Source: Eledone cirrhosa
Lineage: Eukaryota
Assembly: GCA_964016885.1 (NCBI GenBank)
Contig: OZ024740.1
Coordinates: forward strand, 153,698,001-153,762,000
DNA length: 64,000 nt
Direction of reading: 5' to 3'
Shown here: piece by piece, positions 27,279 through 41,308 of the stretch
How positions within the stretch are numbered: position 1 is the stretch's first letter
How the letters are laid out: each line of letters begins with the position of its first letter
Notes under the pieces: model-generated
The model's input: only the letters and a program-made list of their open reading frames with translations
Told to the model about the DNA's origin: nothing
The model's database searches: none
Program-made: the position numbers and the translations under genes

Positions 27279-29480
27279 CAATTATAGTGACGATACCCTA
27301 GGGTTAGGCAGTCTCTATATACAAGGAAAAGTTAAATTACAAACTAAAAAACTACTTAATTGAAACAACATATTTAGTTCAGGACAAAAGAACAGAAGAC
27401 ATTAAGGAAACAATATATAAATTATAATTTCGAAAATATACTGAAGAAGAAATGCAGGGAAAAAACATTCTAAGGTCAATACCGAACAAGGCTCCACAGA
27501 AAAGGTGCATGCAAGCCAATATAGAAGACAACAATGGTTTTTAAACTCTAGGCTAGACGCAAAAACAAGGAGTCGTATTCTATTCAGAGTCGTATCGACG
27601 AGAGACAATCGTCTCTGAACGTAAAATTTACTCTGGTCAACCAAGCATGCCTATTAATTAAGGTGGACTCACCAACAGTGTCCCACAGGGAGATTCCATG
27701 TAGTCATGGAGCTTCAGCGAGTCACAGTGTGGTACAAGGCTGAATTTTGCATTTTTACTAGCCGAGTGGACAAGAGCAAGACAAACAAACAAGGCGCCGC
27801 CAGAGATCAAACTCACGAACTCATGATCGTAAACCGAACTACATAACCACTAAGCTATGCGTCTTCATATTGCCGACACGATGTTGTAGTTTATATATAT
27901 CCCTACTCAAAACACGCAATACATTCTGCTCTAATCCAATTCATCAATTAAAGCGTATCTCTATGAAGGGTCCGTTTAACTTCAGTAAGGAGTGGTAAGA
28001 GCGAGTTCTATAATTAACAATTGTTACATTTGTGTGTAGTCACTAGCTTGGGGCAAAGTGTGTCCCATTTCCGTTCTCTTGAAACCTTGAATAGTCAGTG
28101 GGTAAACATTGCATTGAATTAGCCTACACTATGAAATCTTGTAATCAACAGGATCACCGGGTGTTCGATCTTTTCGTGACGTGTGCAATGAGAAGAAGAA
28201 GAAGAAGAAGAAGAAGCTACATTGTTTTCGAATAGCACTCTAATTTCTTAGAAAAAGAAGGCCACATTGGATAAGGTAGTCAAGATTAATTCACTGGAGG
28301 GAATGGTCATAGCTGGAATGCATTTTGATCGTTCATCTGCTCCATTGATGGTTGATGTGGGTATAAACAACACGAACAACAACATCCACAGCATCATCAA
28401 TATCAACAGTAAAAATAGTTTCAACTGCAACTACAACGACGCCCACGCAACAAACACAGCAACAAGTACATCGACAACAATAACAATAACGAAGCTGATA
28501 TCAAAGCAACAACAAAAACAAATCAGTCAAGTGCATGTTATATTTAAGCTGAGGTCTAGTACTACTTAATTGAAATGTCGCATGAATGAACCTTCCTCCT
28601 TTTGTCAAACAGATTAAAGAATAAATAAATAAATAAAGATTTTTTTTTTTGTCTTTGTAAATGACTCATTTGACTTTTATTTGGTTATTTTAAACCAATC
28701 AGAAAAGCAACCCGTCTTATACCATATAATTTCATTACTTCGGCTGATAGAGAAAACCATTTTAGATATCGTGTTTAGAACTGTCTGATGTTAATTGTTC
28801 AATCCCTTCTGATTCCGATTTTGGTTCATTCAATTATAAGAAATGTCTGAAAGTTGTGGTTAAGAACAAGAACAAGAAAATAATAATATTAATAATAAAT
28901 GAAGATAAAATATAATAAGATAAAACGAAAATAAAATTTGATAAATGAAATGAAATAGATAAATTTAAAATAAATAAATATAAACACATACAAAAATGCT
29001 ATATTGGTTTGAATGCGTGTGTCATGATTTTGATTTTCTTGTCGTCTAGTTCCAGATCAACCCTGAGCCATAGATGCTAGACGTAATTCATCGTCGTATA
29101 AAACACCAGTACCTGCCGTTTGGGTGTCTTTAGGAATTTTCCTAGCATTCGGAATAGGTTTGGGCATACTGTCCTCTGGTCTTGGAAACCACAAGAATAA
29201 ACATAATCACTAACTTACTTTCCCAGAAGAAAACAAGAAAAAATATGTTCGAATGGTTTTCCGTCATAAGTATCCTTTTTATTAATTTATTTATATATTT
29301 TCCTCTTCAGATATGGTGAGTTTATAAGCAACTGCATTACCCACTCTTTTGTCATTTTCAAAGACAGTAGCATTTGATTTGAGGGTGAGTTGTTTAGCTG
29401 ATATTTCTGGTAAATCGAACGGCCGCCTACACAGCGCCCCTAGAATCGCGTGTACGCGCTTATGTGAGTGAGTTTTCATG

Positions 29481-29558
<78 letters not shown>

Positions 29559-29784
29559 CGTGTGTGCGTGCGTGCGTGCGTGCGTGCTGAGTGTGTATTA
29601 TGGTGTGTGAACCGATGTGGGAAGAGTTCTAGGAATGAGCCGCTAAGAACGTATCCTCATCAACACTCCACGATAAGCTATAAGTTAGACAGTTAGATAG
29701 ATAGAGACAGACAGATAGATTGAGCCTGAAAGACATGCAAGCATTCAGGTAGACAGATAGAAGTCATATAGACAGACAATCAGG

Positions 29785-29823
<39 letters not shown>

Positions 29824-30562
29824 TGTGTGTGTGTGAGATAGCGCTACCGTAATAAGGTCATAGTGATTAGTGTTTCGGCTCCAACGGATAAAAAGATCAT
29901 GTTTGCTTAAATTTAGCTTAAGCCCACGCAAGTAATATTTGCTATGTTTTTCGAGAGGAATGTTACTGAGATTTTATCCTTATCAATCAAAATATTTTAA
30001 TACCCAAAATAGTATTCACGAAAGATCGACATAATATGTTCTAGCCAGATTTTTTTTCTTTCCTTCTTTCTTCTGTCGATTTATTTATTTATTTACTAAT
30101 TTATTTATTTATGTATCTATTTATATTAAATAAGTCTGTGGTAAATAGATTGAAAGTTCTCAAAGACACGTGAAGGTGGCAGTTCAAAATTAATGTGAAC
30201 GTTAAAATCTGATAGCGTAGATCGAATCGCTATTAGACTAAATAGATTTAGGCAAATTTATATTATATTATATTATATATATATATATATATATATTATT
30301 ACATTCAAAGTTAAGGATCTCATGATTGATATAAAATCAAACATATGTCTTGTCTCTTAAGAACAGCTAATAGAAAAAATTCAGAGAATAAAATCGAGCA
30401 TACAATCATTGTAAAATAGTAGATGATATATATCTATACACTTGATATACACTTATGTGTGTATAAATATATATCATCCACTTTTTTATGATGATGATTG
30501 TATATATATATATATATATATGGAGGAAGTTATAGTTCACTTGAAGCATTGTGTAATGAGAT

Positions 30563-30898
30563 ATAAACGTTTGAATTTGTAAAGCCAAACAATGCAGGTA
30601 TGGATATAGAATAAAAAATGCAAATGCAAAAGATATTGTTGACAGTTAGTCTTTTACCTTAGATTTATTTAAATGCCCTTAATTTTCGAGATAATATCTC
30701 TTCTTCGGAGGGAAGTAAAGCGGTTAAACCAGTGTTCTAAATAGCTTGCCAAGTCATGCTGACAGGAAATGGTATAGAGTATCTGTCCTATCTCTAATGT
30801 CAAAGAGTTAAGGTTAGGTGGATAAAGAGTAGTCTCCCTTTAAAAGGGTTTTTTGTACATGTCTGTTTAAGTGTGTGGGAGAATGCGTGAATGTGTAA

Positions 30899-30943
<45 letters not shown>

Positions 30944-31040
30944 TGTGAGAAGATATGTCTATACGTAAATGTGGGGGATAGATGTTCTCTCGTGTTAAAA
31001 CTGGTCGTTGTGTGTGTGAGAGAGAGTAAGTGGAGGTGTA

Positions 31041-31110
<70 letters not shown>

Positions 31111-31930
31111 TGTGTGTGTGTGTGTGCGTGCGTGGGAGGGGGGTGTAAGTATGGGGTTAGATGCTCTATCAAGTTATAAATTGGGTGTTGAGTTCTAGTC
31201 TATTATTGATTGGTGGTTGTGTTTTGTCTATAATTAGTGCTTCCTTAATTCTAAGATTGGCGAGGTTTCTTTCCTTAGTTTCTATCCTAACTGTTATGGT
31301 TTTGTCGGTGTTTTTGCATTTCACTAGGTGTTTCTTAAATGAGGAAGCGTTAGTATTGAGGTGTTCTTTTATTCTTATGTGGAGTGGTCTGGTGGTGCTA
31401 CCTATGTAAAAGTTGCTGCATTTGTCGCACTCTAGTCTGTATACGACGTAAGTCTGGTGGCATAGGTCTGTGTCGTTGATGGGGCAGTTAGCTAGCCTGC
31501 AGCGGTTGCCATTCTGGTGGGGTGTCTTTTGGTTAGCTATCCGCGTATATCTAGTCCCTCTCGTCTGATAGCTCTGCGGATGGCTGTTGTTGTTTCGTCA
31601 CTGAAGTGTGGGAACTTCAGGAAGCAAGTGTTAGTGCCTCGGGTGTGGTGTCCTCTGTTCTTTCTGGCACGGTTTGTGGTGGATGCCGTGTATCCGTTCA
31701 GTTTGAGTACTTCCAGGAAATATGTGGCGTGTGTGTCTCGGTCTCTAGCGTCGGTGCATTTGTTCCGGATACGTGTTAGTTCATTCCTTATGTATCCTAA
31801 CTTAGCGCCGGCTGGGAGGCACGATCTGAAATGTACAAACAGGTCCCTGCTGGCGGCTTTTTTATAGAAGCAGGTGTGGATGTTGCCTTCCTCTGTTACC
31901 TTGAGTTGGAAGTCCAGTAAGTATAGGGAT
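30563..31930 (-). mobile_element. Penelope-like element, 5'-truncated (end of RT/linker, GIY-YIG endonuclease, 3' pseudo-LTR)
   Basis: LLDFQLKV..TCFYKK..LFVHFRSCLP..K..YIRNELTRIRNKC, then VVYRLECDKCSNFYIGSTTRPLHIRIKEH and LRIKEALII..PPIN. Confidence 0.88.
30676..30712 (-). ncRNA. Variant minimal hammerhead motif in Penelope pseudo-LTR (mirror copy ~32849-32885, +)
   Basis: ccct CCGAAGA a gagata-t-tatctc GAAA at TA aggg; core has C in place of U4. Confidence 0.5.
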
Positions 31931-31940
31931 CCACGGTCAT

Positions 31941-32520
31941 CGACGCTAGAGACCGAGACCATACCCGAGGCACTAACACTTGGTTCCTGAAGCTCCCACA
32001 CTTCAGTGACGAAACAACAACAGCCATCCTCAGAGCTATCAGACGAGAGGGACTAGATATCCAACTGACTAGATATCCAACTGTCCCACCCAGGACCTTA
32101 TATACGCGGATAGCTAACCAAAAGACACTCCACCAGACATGACAACCGCTGCAGGCTAGCCAACTGCCCCATCAACGACACAGACCTATGCCACCAGGCT
32201 TACGTCGTATACAGACTAGAGTGCGACAAATGCAGCAACTTCTACGTAGGTAGCATCACCAGACCACTCCACATAAGAATAAAAGAACACCTCAATACTA
32301 ACGCTTCCTCATTTAAGAAACACCTAGTGAAATTCAAAAACACCGACAAAACCATAACAGTTAGGATAGAAACTAAGGAAAGAAACATCGGCAATCTTAG
32401 AATTAAGGAAGCACTAATTATAGACAAAACACAACCACCAATCAATAATAGACTAGAACTCAACACCCAATTTATAACTTGATAGAGCATCTAACCCCAT
32501 ACTTACACCTCCCTCCCACA

Positions 32521-32591
<71 letters not shown>

Positions 32592-33000
32592 GCGCGCGCT
32601 TACACCTCCACTTACTCTCTCTCACACACACAAAGACCAGTTCTAACACGAGAGAACATCTATCCCCAACATTTACGTATAGACATATCTTCTCACACTC
32701 ACACACACACACATACTTACACATTCACGCATTCTCCCACACACTTAAACAGACATATACAAAAACAGACATATACAAAAAAAAAACCTTTTAAAGGGAG
32801 ACTACTGTTTATCCACCTAACCTTAACACTGGTTTAACCGCTTTACTTCCCTCCGAAGAAGAGATATTATCTCGAAAATTAAGGACATTTAAATAAGTCT
32901 AAGGTAAAAGACTAACTGTCAACAATATCTTTTGCATTTGCATTTTTTATTCTACATCCATACCTGCATTGTTTGGCTTTACAAATTCAAACGTTTATAT
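31941..33000 (+). mobile_element. Inverted duplicate of the Penelope 3' part (GIY-YIG + pseudo-LTR)
   Basis: Reverse complement of ~30563-31753 with small indels; CRLANCPINDTDLCHQAYVVYRLECDKCSNFYVGSITRPLHIRIKEHL, stop near 32480. Confidence 0.9.
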
Positions 33001-33007
33001 ATATATG

Positions 33008-33082
<75 letters not shown>

Positions 33083-33092
33083 ATATATATAT

Positions 33093-33265
33093 GAAAATGT
33101 TCAAGACTCCAACTGCAGAGCTGAAGCCGTTTCGACGGCTATTTTTGGAGTCCAGAAATAGCCGTCGAAACGGCTTGAGCTCTGCCGTCGGTGTCTTGAA
33201 CATTTTTCTATTATCCACTCTACTACCCCAAGGTCCATCTGGTTCCTTACCACACTTCCTTTGTT
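33093..33265. mobile_element. Hairpin element, same family as 18026-18254, opposite orientation
   Basis: Arms ~33094-33149 / ~33151-33207 with gccgtttcgacggcta..tagccgtcgaaacggc; tail ccactctactaccc..ctggttccttaccac. Confidence 0.78.
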
Positions 33266-33388
33266 ATATATATATATATATGTATCATAACGCAATTTAT
33301 AAACAATAGTGTTCAGACTGAGTGCATAAATATACATACATACACAGACACAGACACATACACACACGCACACACACACACATGAGTG

Positions 33389-33437
<49 letters not shown>

Positions 33438-34394
33438 AATGGCGTTCTTCGTGGTTGCACATGAGTTACATATGAATAAAATTAGTCCTTCATCAGTGAT
33501 CTTCCAACCTTCATTGGTATTTCTTCGCTTTAAAGATCATATACCTCTGGTTGGTGCGATCAATAACTAAAGAAAGTTATTGGGACTCGTAAAATAGGGT
33601 GAAACGAGCGAGACATGTAAACAAAGATAGATAGTAATGCAACAGAAAGAGGGGAAGAGAAGAGACAAGTCCGTAATATCTATGAACTTAAGCTCGGCGA
33701 AATCATAGACGAGAGGTAAAGACCATCCGACCTGGGCGAGATGTGAGCGAGAAAAGGATTTCACACAGGTCAAACTGGAGGAAGTGAGAGGGGGAGAAGC
33801 AGAGAGTGAGTGAGTGAAAGTGTGAGGAAGAGGCCAGCTGAGAGAGAGAGTGACTGGCAGAGGGAGTAAAAAGAAGGTGAGAGATACAGAGAAAGGGGAA
33901 GCAGTTATATACAATGGCAGCATTTCAGTTTCGTAAATTAAACCGCTTTTCATACTTGTGTGGAATAAGCCTGCCTTTTTAGCAATGCCAACGACCCAGA
34001 TTTTTTTCTGCATATGCTGCAGAGAACAAATAAGAGGAAAAGCCATGCTCACGCAACATACGGGAAATATATTTAAATCAAGTGATGCTTTTGCTTGACC
34101 TTTGTTAAGGACTTGCTTTGGACCAGTCCGACTCTCTGAACAATTGAACAACGGTGACAAGTATCCAAAAAGAACAGGTCAACATTATTGGCTGCTATCG
34201 AGTCACAGGATTTATATCAAAATTTGCCTTCTAGAATGATGTACTAACAAGAACTATGTGTCTCTCACTCACAGAGGGTTAATTGTGCACTCGAGTACCA
34301 AACCGAATGTTTCCATGTCTCCGTGCAGATATATACATAATACATATATACATACATGCATACATACACCCACACTCAACCCCCACGTACAAAT

Positions 34395-34439
<45 letters not shown>

Positions 34440-35527
34440 TATACACATACATATATAATCAAAGCAATAGATATCTCGTACATGCAATAAGAATATAATC
34501 CTAGTGTCCCACTTTTACTAAAGAACGTTAGAGATAAAAACTTATTCATATCACAGTAAATTATCTACCCCAGTAGTTCCGTCTTATTTGAAACACGCGA
34601 TACCTTAATTATATGGGTTGTGCACGTTTGTATATAATTTTACCTTGCAGTGATCCAGTAATTCAATTTATTGGATTTTAACAGTGAACATTGGAACAGT
34701 TAATTTCCACTTTACTATGTTCAAGACAACTCTACACATGCTTCAGGTCTCATTAGGACACCATCAAGGAAGCACCATCTTCAAAGTACTTGCCGATTTA
34801 GGAATTGAAATAATCCATAAATAAATGTACAAGATTGTAACTTGGTTTGCATAGGAAAGTATACTTCCTTTGTTTAGATAAGTAATTCAGAGAGGATATC
34901 CTATTAAATAACAATACTTAAGTTAGAGTTAATATATTTAGTGCATGAAACATTAAAAATCTAAAACAAAATAATTAGTCGGTGTTGAAATAAGAAACCA
35001 ATTTTAGTCAAAGATTAATATTATTTCTGTCCAAATATTATCGGTCTTGAATTTGTGGTTTTAATAAATCACAAACACTCACGCATACACACACAGGCAC
35101 GCACACACACATATACACTAACACACACACACATAGAGAGAGAGAAAGAGGCATGCACACACACACACACACTTAGAGGCACACCCACACAGAGAGGCAC
35201 ACACACATACACATTAGCGTTTTGATGTACAAAACAAGCGAAACATATCTAAATATAAGCGCTGACATGGTTTTGTGACTAAAACGTTCGCTTTGTAATA
35301 TTTGGTTGTGAGTTCAATCCTATTGCGAGGGTAGTCTGGGCAAATGTCTCGTCTCCATGGGAATGCATTTCTTCTCAAAGCAATGTTATATTGCATAACG
35401 TCAATCTAATGAGTGAAACCAGTAGATACACCCCCCCCCCCCTCACCAAACTCGTCCCATGGACTGAGTGCTCTACTACTACTACGGATATAAGCCACCA
35501 GTGTTCTACTAATAAATAAATAAATAA

Positions 35528-35609
<82 letters not shown>

Positions 35610-36066
35610 GAAGGGAAGTAAGGCTCTATACAAAACAGTGGATATAGAGAAAAGGTGAAGTTGGAAATAGCACGGAAAATATATTTAAGGGGCTGTTTTT
35701 CTTTTTTTATCCCTTCTTTGATTCGTCAAAGTGACATTATTGAAAAGATAACATTATTGAAAAAATGAGAGGAACAATACCTTTTAAAAAAAAGTTTTAT
35801 AATGTATATAAAGTATATAAAGAATTACCGGTTTCGATGTATTATTAAAATTCATATCAAATGTTGAGTATTGAAATAAAAATTAAAAAGAATTAATAGG
35901 AGTTAAAAACTAAAAATTAAAGATTTAAAATTAAAACCAAATGTTGGAGTAAGTTTACTTCCATCTCTCTTGTGGTTAGAAAAAGCTACCTCACTTACCG
36001 CTTTTCACAGGCGCCGCTAGATCCCATGGCTGGTTTCTCCTCTTCCACGTGCGTACAATCCAACTC

Positions 36067-37345
36067 TGTCACTCCATGTCACCCCTCCCGCTCGTCTCTT
36101 GACATAACTGCATGCCGTCCGGAGCCACCCAGCAATAGGGTAGTGACCCACCAACTTTCCACACACCGAGAAAAGCTCCCGCCTACTCATATTTGGGCCC
36201 AGTTCTGGAACTTCCTGTCCGCTCGGGAATACTAAGACGCTCGTCCTGTCTCGCCGTAGCCTAAGTCCCAGCGCGGCTCCTCCCTCCAACGCTTCTGACG
36301 GCTTCGCAGCCAGTCCATACCCCTGTAAATGGCTCGTGACCTCCGCCGCCGACACTACAGACTCGTCCACTAGGATGTTGTCAATGTAGGAATTAGTGGC
36401 CCTCTTCATCTTGTCGGCCTTTCCCAGAATGGTCTTGAGGACCGCCGCCATGATCTTCGGTGCGGAGCTCAGCCCGAAACCGAGCTTGGTCAGGCAATAT
36501 GTCCGGCCCTTATACCTGACCAGCTGATACTGCCAGAGCTCCTCATCTATATGCAATTGCAAGTATGCCGACTTTAGATCTACGATTGCAGAACCCCCCG
36601 TCATGCGTCTCCACTCACGCAGGGTTTCCCCACAGACATCTGTGACCTCGCCACCCGTGTGGCATGACACGTGCTCGTTCAGCTCCCGAAAGTCCAGTAC
36701 CGGCCTCACCTTGTTCTTCGTGGGTTGCGCCACTAACGGCAATACTCCGCACTTCACATCCTCTTTCCAGGGAAGCAGTATGCCCTCCTCAATCCATCTC
36801 TCTACCTCTCGCTCGAACTCGCTCCTAATGTCTTCCTTCAATGTGTGTTGATAGCAGCCCACATTGGTCTTCAGTGTTGGTGGTTCTCCCTTGCAGTACA
36901 ACTCAACAACCCATCGCTGCCCATCGAACACGGCCTTGAACTCTTTGTCCTGCACAGTGTAAGCGGGGTATTTCTCCGCGTGGGCCTTCTGGTTCTCCTG
37001 TCGCGTACTCACAGCGCATACCGATGCGGCGCCGCCAAACGACACACCGACGTTGTTTACTGTGACGCCTCCTAGACGGCCAATTGCGTCCATGCCCATA
37101 ACCACGCCGATCCCATCCACCACGTTGTCGACTACGATAGCAGAAAGCCTTATTTTCCTTCCCCGTACTGCTATCTCCACCTCGCTGCGACCTCGGCATT
37201 CAATTTTCCTGCCGTCGACTGCCCTTACGCTGCTCTTCCCTCTCCACCTCTGCGCCACCCCCGCGGTCACCAGTGTCGTCGTACAACCCGTGTCCACGAG
37301 GGCTCGCTGTGGCTTTCCCCTCACGAAGACTTCCACCACGGGCAG
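36067..37345 (-). pseudogene. pol: pol remnant: aspartic protease + reverse transcriptase, truncated before RNase H/integrase
   Basis: ALVDTGCTTT; RPVLDFRELN; VDLKSAYLQL; LGFGLSSAP; YIDN in place of YxDD. Confidence 0.88.
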
Positions 37346-37379
37346 CGCCTCTACTCGTAAGGGGCAACTACCGGCGTAA

Positions 37380-38098
37380 TAGTTCCCATTGGATCGTTTC
37401 CCTGGTCGCAGTTAGTAGCGATGTGGCCTGGTCGCTTACACTGGTAGCATATTATTTCCGGCCTTGACTCTCTACAGTCCCTAGCCATGTGCGGGCCCTG
37501 GCACCTAAAACAGCGACCTCTAAACGTTCGCGTGCCGTGGTTGCCTCCCTTTCACCATTTCGCTGCCAGCTGTCTTGAGCCTCTGTAGTTGCTATCGCCG
37601 CGACACTCTTCTTGGCATCTTCTGCTATGATCCGGGCTTGTTCCACCAATGAACACATTTCCATTTCTTTGTAACCCGGGACTTGCTGCAGTTTCACCGC
37701 TATGTCGTCTGGAAATCCATTTAGGAACGCCAACCGCACCCTGCGTTCGCATTCCACCTGATATCCAGCCAACATGGCCAATCGCCGTATTTCCGCTGCG
37801 AAAATGTCAACGCGTTCACCGTTCCATCTAATTCTTGCCAGCTTAGCGAAAGCGGCTAACGGTCTCTCTGCGTACGCTTCCATCATGCGCCTCTCAATCT
37901 TTTGCGCATCTCTTTGGCTGTGTTCGTCCAACTCAAGGAAGAGTACCAACGCGTCCCCCTCGAGGTCCAGTGCATGAGGCCAGCCACATCTTCTATCTTC
38001 TGTAAGCTTGCGAGCAGCCGGACTTTTCGCAGCCAAGCGACATCACCTTCACCGGTAAATGCCCTGATCGCTTCGCTTGTTCGTAGTCTCGTCGTCAT
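37380..38098 (-). pseudogene. gag: gag-like ORF, frameshifted, with two zinc knuckles
   Basis: MTTRLRTSEAIRAFTGEGDVAWLRKV..LEGDALVLFLEL..; CFRCQGPHMARDC and CYQCKRPGHIATNC in an alternative frame at ~37500-37405. Confidence 0.8.
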
Positions 38099-38231
38099 AT
38101 TCTAATTTGTCTTGCGGTACGTAATAAAAAAAACAATAGACTCCTCTCTGTTTTTCCAGTAGCTTTGTTTTCGAGAAAGTTTTTTTTTTTTTTTTTTCAA
38201 TCAGATCTCAGTTTCCAGTGCCGAAATAGCT

Positions 38232-38505
38232 TGTGGTTAGAAAAAGCTACCTCACATACCGCTCTTCACAGGCGCCGCTATATCCCATGGCTGGTTTCTC
38301 CTCTTCCACCTGCGTACAATCCAACTCGTTAAAACCGGGAGCTGCAAAACTCGCGTCCACCACGTTCCTGATCACCGCTAGAGAGAGGCTGACCTACTAG
38401 CCCTTCCGGTCGAGCACCCTTCCGGCCAAGCACCCTTCCGGTCAAGCACTCTTCCGGTCAAGCACTCCCCAGCTTCCGGCCACCGCACACCACACCATAC
38501 CCACA
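38232..38505 (-). repeat. 5' LTR (274 bp)
   Basis: Terminal tgtgg/ccaca; 38232-38327 repeated at 35971-36066 with 4 mismatches. Confidence 0.85.
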
Positions 38506-39570
38506 TTCTTGTTCAAAATTTGGCTGCAGAATGAGTTCTTGTTAATAGAGAGGTGGTAGTGAGGATAGCAGCAGCTGTTTTCTTAACAGAACAAAGTTGT
38601 TTTTTGGAAACATCCTGTAAATATGTGTGAGTATATCTGATTGTGTTAATTAATTGGTCAAAAGTTCAAAAGGGGATGGGGAATTGTAAGCTAGAGGTAA
38701 GTTCTAAGGCAGCAGCAGGAGTGTAAGAGAAATTCTATTATTGGAATGTGGTTTTAGGGAGTGTGTGGCTCTCGGGCAGTAACTTCTGCAATGCGTAATT
38801 TTTTCTCTCTTATTTTGTGGTGTGTGTGTGTGTGTATATATATATAAAACAATTCCCATATGTGTGTGTTTGTGTGAGGAGGGTGATATTTGGACACCCT
38901 GTGGGATGAAATACAAGACCCGGCAAAGGGTGGAGGAACTCAGCAGAGTCAATGACCATCCAAATAGTATATATTTTTTTTTACGGAGAAGTTAAACTCC
39001 GAGGTATAAAAAACTGAGGGCTGTCCTATTTTCCGTGGCAAACATTTGCACCGAAGATATGTGTCGTCTGTTCCAAAAAGTGTGGTTGGTCCTACACAAG
39101 TCTTCACCACTTAAAACAAAACTTTGTGTGGGGAGTTCAACATCAGTTCACTTTCTCACATCAACTTTTGTTGGACACTCATATCGACGGGAGAGTCCAT
39201 CATATATTAATTCCGATTGTCTAGCGCATGGGCAAAAACTGAAATATCATTAATTTATTTTACTTCTTGTTTGTAAGAAATTATTCTGTCCCAGCTTCAA
39301 CCAAACTTAATTATTTATGAAATAATCATCATCGATATGTCTTCTGATGTAATAACCAAATAGATTACAAGTTCTAATTAATTGACAACAATTGTCCACA
39401 AACAGGTGCCCCAGCATGGCCTCAGTCGGATGGCTGGAACAGGTAAAAGAGTAAAAGAGTAAACAACATACTTATCCTAGTCGTTTGAATTCTCGTTCCA
39501 ATTGTTTAGTGTCTTTTTCTGAAAGAAGAAATTACCGGCCCATCGCTCAACCTTCTTCGTTTCTTGTAAA

Positions 39571-39726
39571 CACAGCCGGATTTAGATTTGATGAGGCCCT
39601 AAGCTATTTGAGATAATGAGGCCCTTTATATGTCCAGATGTCCTATGTCAACGACAAATTGTCGATGTTTTTTGTGTGGGGGCCCTAAGCTATAGCTTGT
39701 TTAGCTTATACGTAAATCCCACTCTG
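39571..39726. mobile_element. hAT-type MITE (156 bp)
   Basis: Imperfect TIRs cacagccggattta / taaatcccactctg; exact 8-bp TSD cttgtaaa. Confidence 0.82.
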
Positions 39727-39828
39727 CTTGTAAAGGGGATGCCGTAAGTGATCAACCACATTTCTCACGGCGCAACTTAACCGATTCGGGTAGAGAAAGG
39801 GAGAGAGAGAGAGAGAGAGAGAGAGGGG

Positions 39829-39895
<67 letters not shown>

Positions 39896-40077
39896 CGGAA
39901 AGACAGGCAGGCATTGTATTTATGGATTTAGTAAGGATGAAATACAAAGTAGATCTCTGTGGAAATTGAATGCAGAGAGAAAGGAAAAGTATCACTAGGA
40001 ATTATATGCGACACTTTAACAGTTCTGCTAATACACCACCTTAAATTACTTTTATCGAATTTCTTATCGTTTTCACC

Positions 40078-40341
40078 ATCCTTTCGGGGTCGATAAAATA
40101 AAGTACCAGTAATGTACTGGGTAATTGCTGGCCTTGTGCCAAAAAGAAGAAACAATTATTATTGAAGGGCGGTGGATTGGCAGTATCAGTAGAGGGTCGG
40201 ACGCCATGCTTTGACGCATAGAGTTACGTCCCTTTCCATTCTGTGTTCAAATCCCACCGAGGTTAACTTTGCCTTTCATTCCTTACGGGTCGATAAAATA
40301 AAGTACCAGTAATACACTGATTAATTGCTGGCCTTGTGCTA
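40078..40341 (+). mobile_element. Truncated plus full SINE family A in tandem
   Basis: Consensus matches ~40078-40162 and ~40167-40341. Confidence 0.85.
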
Positions 40342-40639
40342 AAAGTAGAATCAATTATTATTGGTGTTAATATTATTAAAGACGTGTCTGATGTAGTGCC
40401 TAAATTAGAAATCAATATTATTAAAAGCATGCAAGAAGTCAATATTAATAATAAAACACATAAAGATTGATTTTGTTGTTTGTTTTCCATACAAGAAAGG
40501 TTTTATATATTCACTAATAACTTTTGGAATTAATTCTAAAGAAAGCAAAAGCTAGAAAAACAAAGAATCACTATCAATTCTATTATCCTTAGTCTTATAG
40601 CTTTGTCCTTCCATGCTGGAATTAATAAGACAATATTTA

Positions 40640-40905
40640 TATTTAACGCAAGGAATTATTTTGAATACTCTATCAAAGAGGGCAAACTAAAGTATTTCGG
40701 ACATTTAATTAGAAAAAAAAAAATGGTTTACAGAAACTATTCTTAGAAAATGAAATGAATAGGAAGAGAAGAAGAGGAAATCCAAAAATTACGTGGACGG
40801 TTAATATGACGAATTAGACAGTGAATGTATAAAGACAGCTCAAGAAATACCGAAATAGCAACCCATGGTATTCAATCTGCTAAGAGCAGATGATATCAGA
40901 TAAGA
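40640..40905 (+). mobile_element. Old RTE-like LINE 3' fragment
   Basis: Translates as IKEGKLKYFGHLIR ... LQKLFLENEMNRKRRRGNPKITW. Confidence 0.65.
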
Positions 40906-41308
40906 ATAATTCTAAATTTTACCTTCTTCAATACTTTATTCTGGCATGCAAGTTGAATGATTGAGAAATCTTGTTCAGTTGATTTTTTTCAATGTGTATA
41001 TGAAGGGTTTGTCTTTCTTCTCTTCTCAGGCGGTTGGCTTAGTGCGTTAGCGATTTAGATTCACAATCGTATGGTTGTGAGTTCGATCCCCGGATCGTGT
41101 CATGCGTTATGCCCTTCACGTTACACATTCTGCCATTATTTCTTTGGTTCGATATGACGAGCTCTACCTCACTCGATAAGTGAATGAGGTGTGGGATCTT
41201 GGCCGATCGATTCCTTATCTTGTTGCTAGTGTCCATACTGAAGACACTTCACTTTTCTTCGCCATGTCCGCTTCTCTACTTATTTGTACATTCAGCTCGT
41301 TATATTAA

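Larger units (their letters stand above)
35971..38505 (-). mobile_element. Gypsy-type LTR retrotransposon, internally deleted
   Basis: 5' LTR 38232-38505 (TGTGG...CCACA); partial 3' LTR 35971-36066; gag and pol remnants; flanks ctct/ttct as possible 4-bp TSD. Confidence 0.9.

Noticed and set aside
33567-34160. 197-aa minus-strand ORF
   Set aside because: Partly (GA)-rich low complexity; no recognisable domain
38400-38482. Short regular repeats as a CRISPR-like array
   Set aside because: No unique spacers; eukaryotic LTR context
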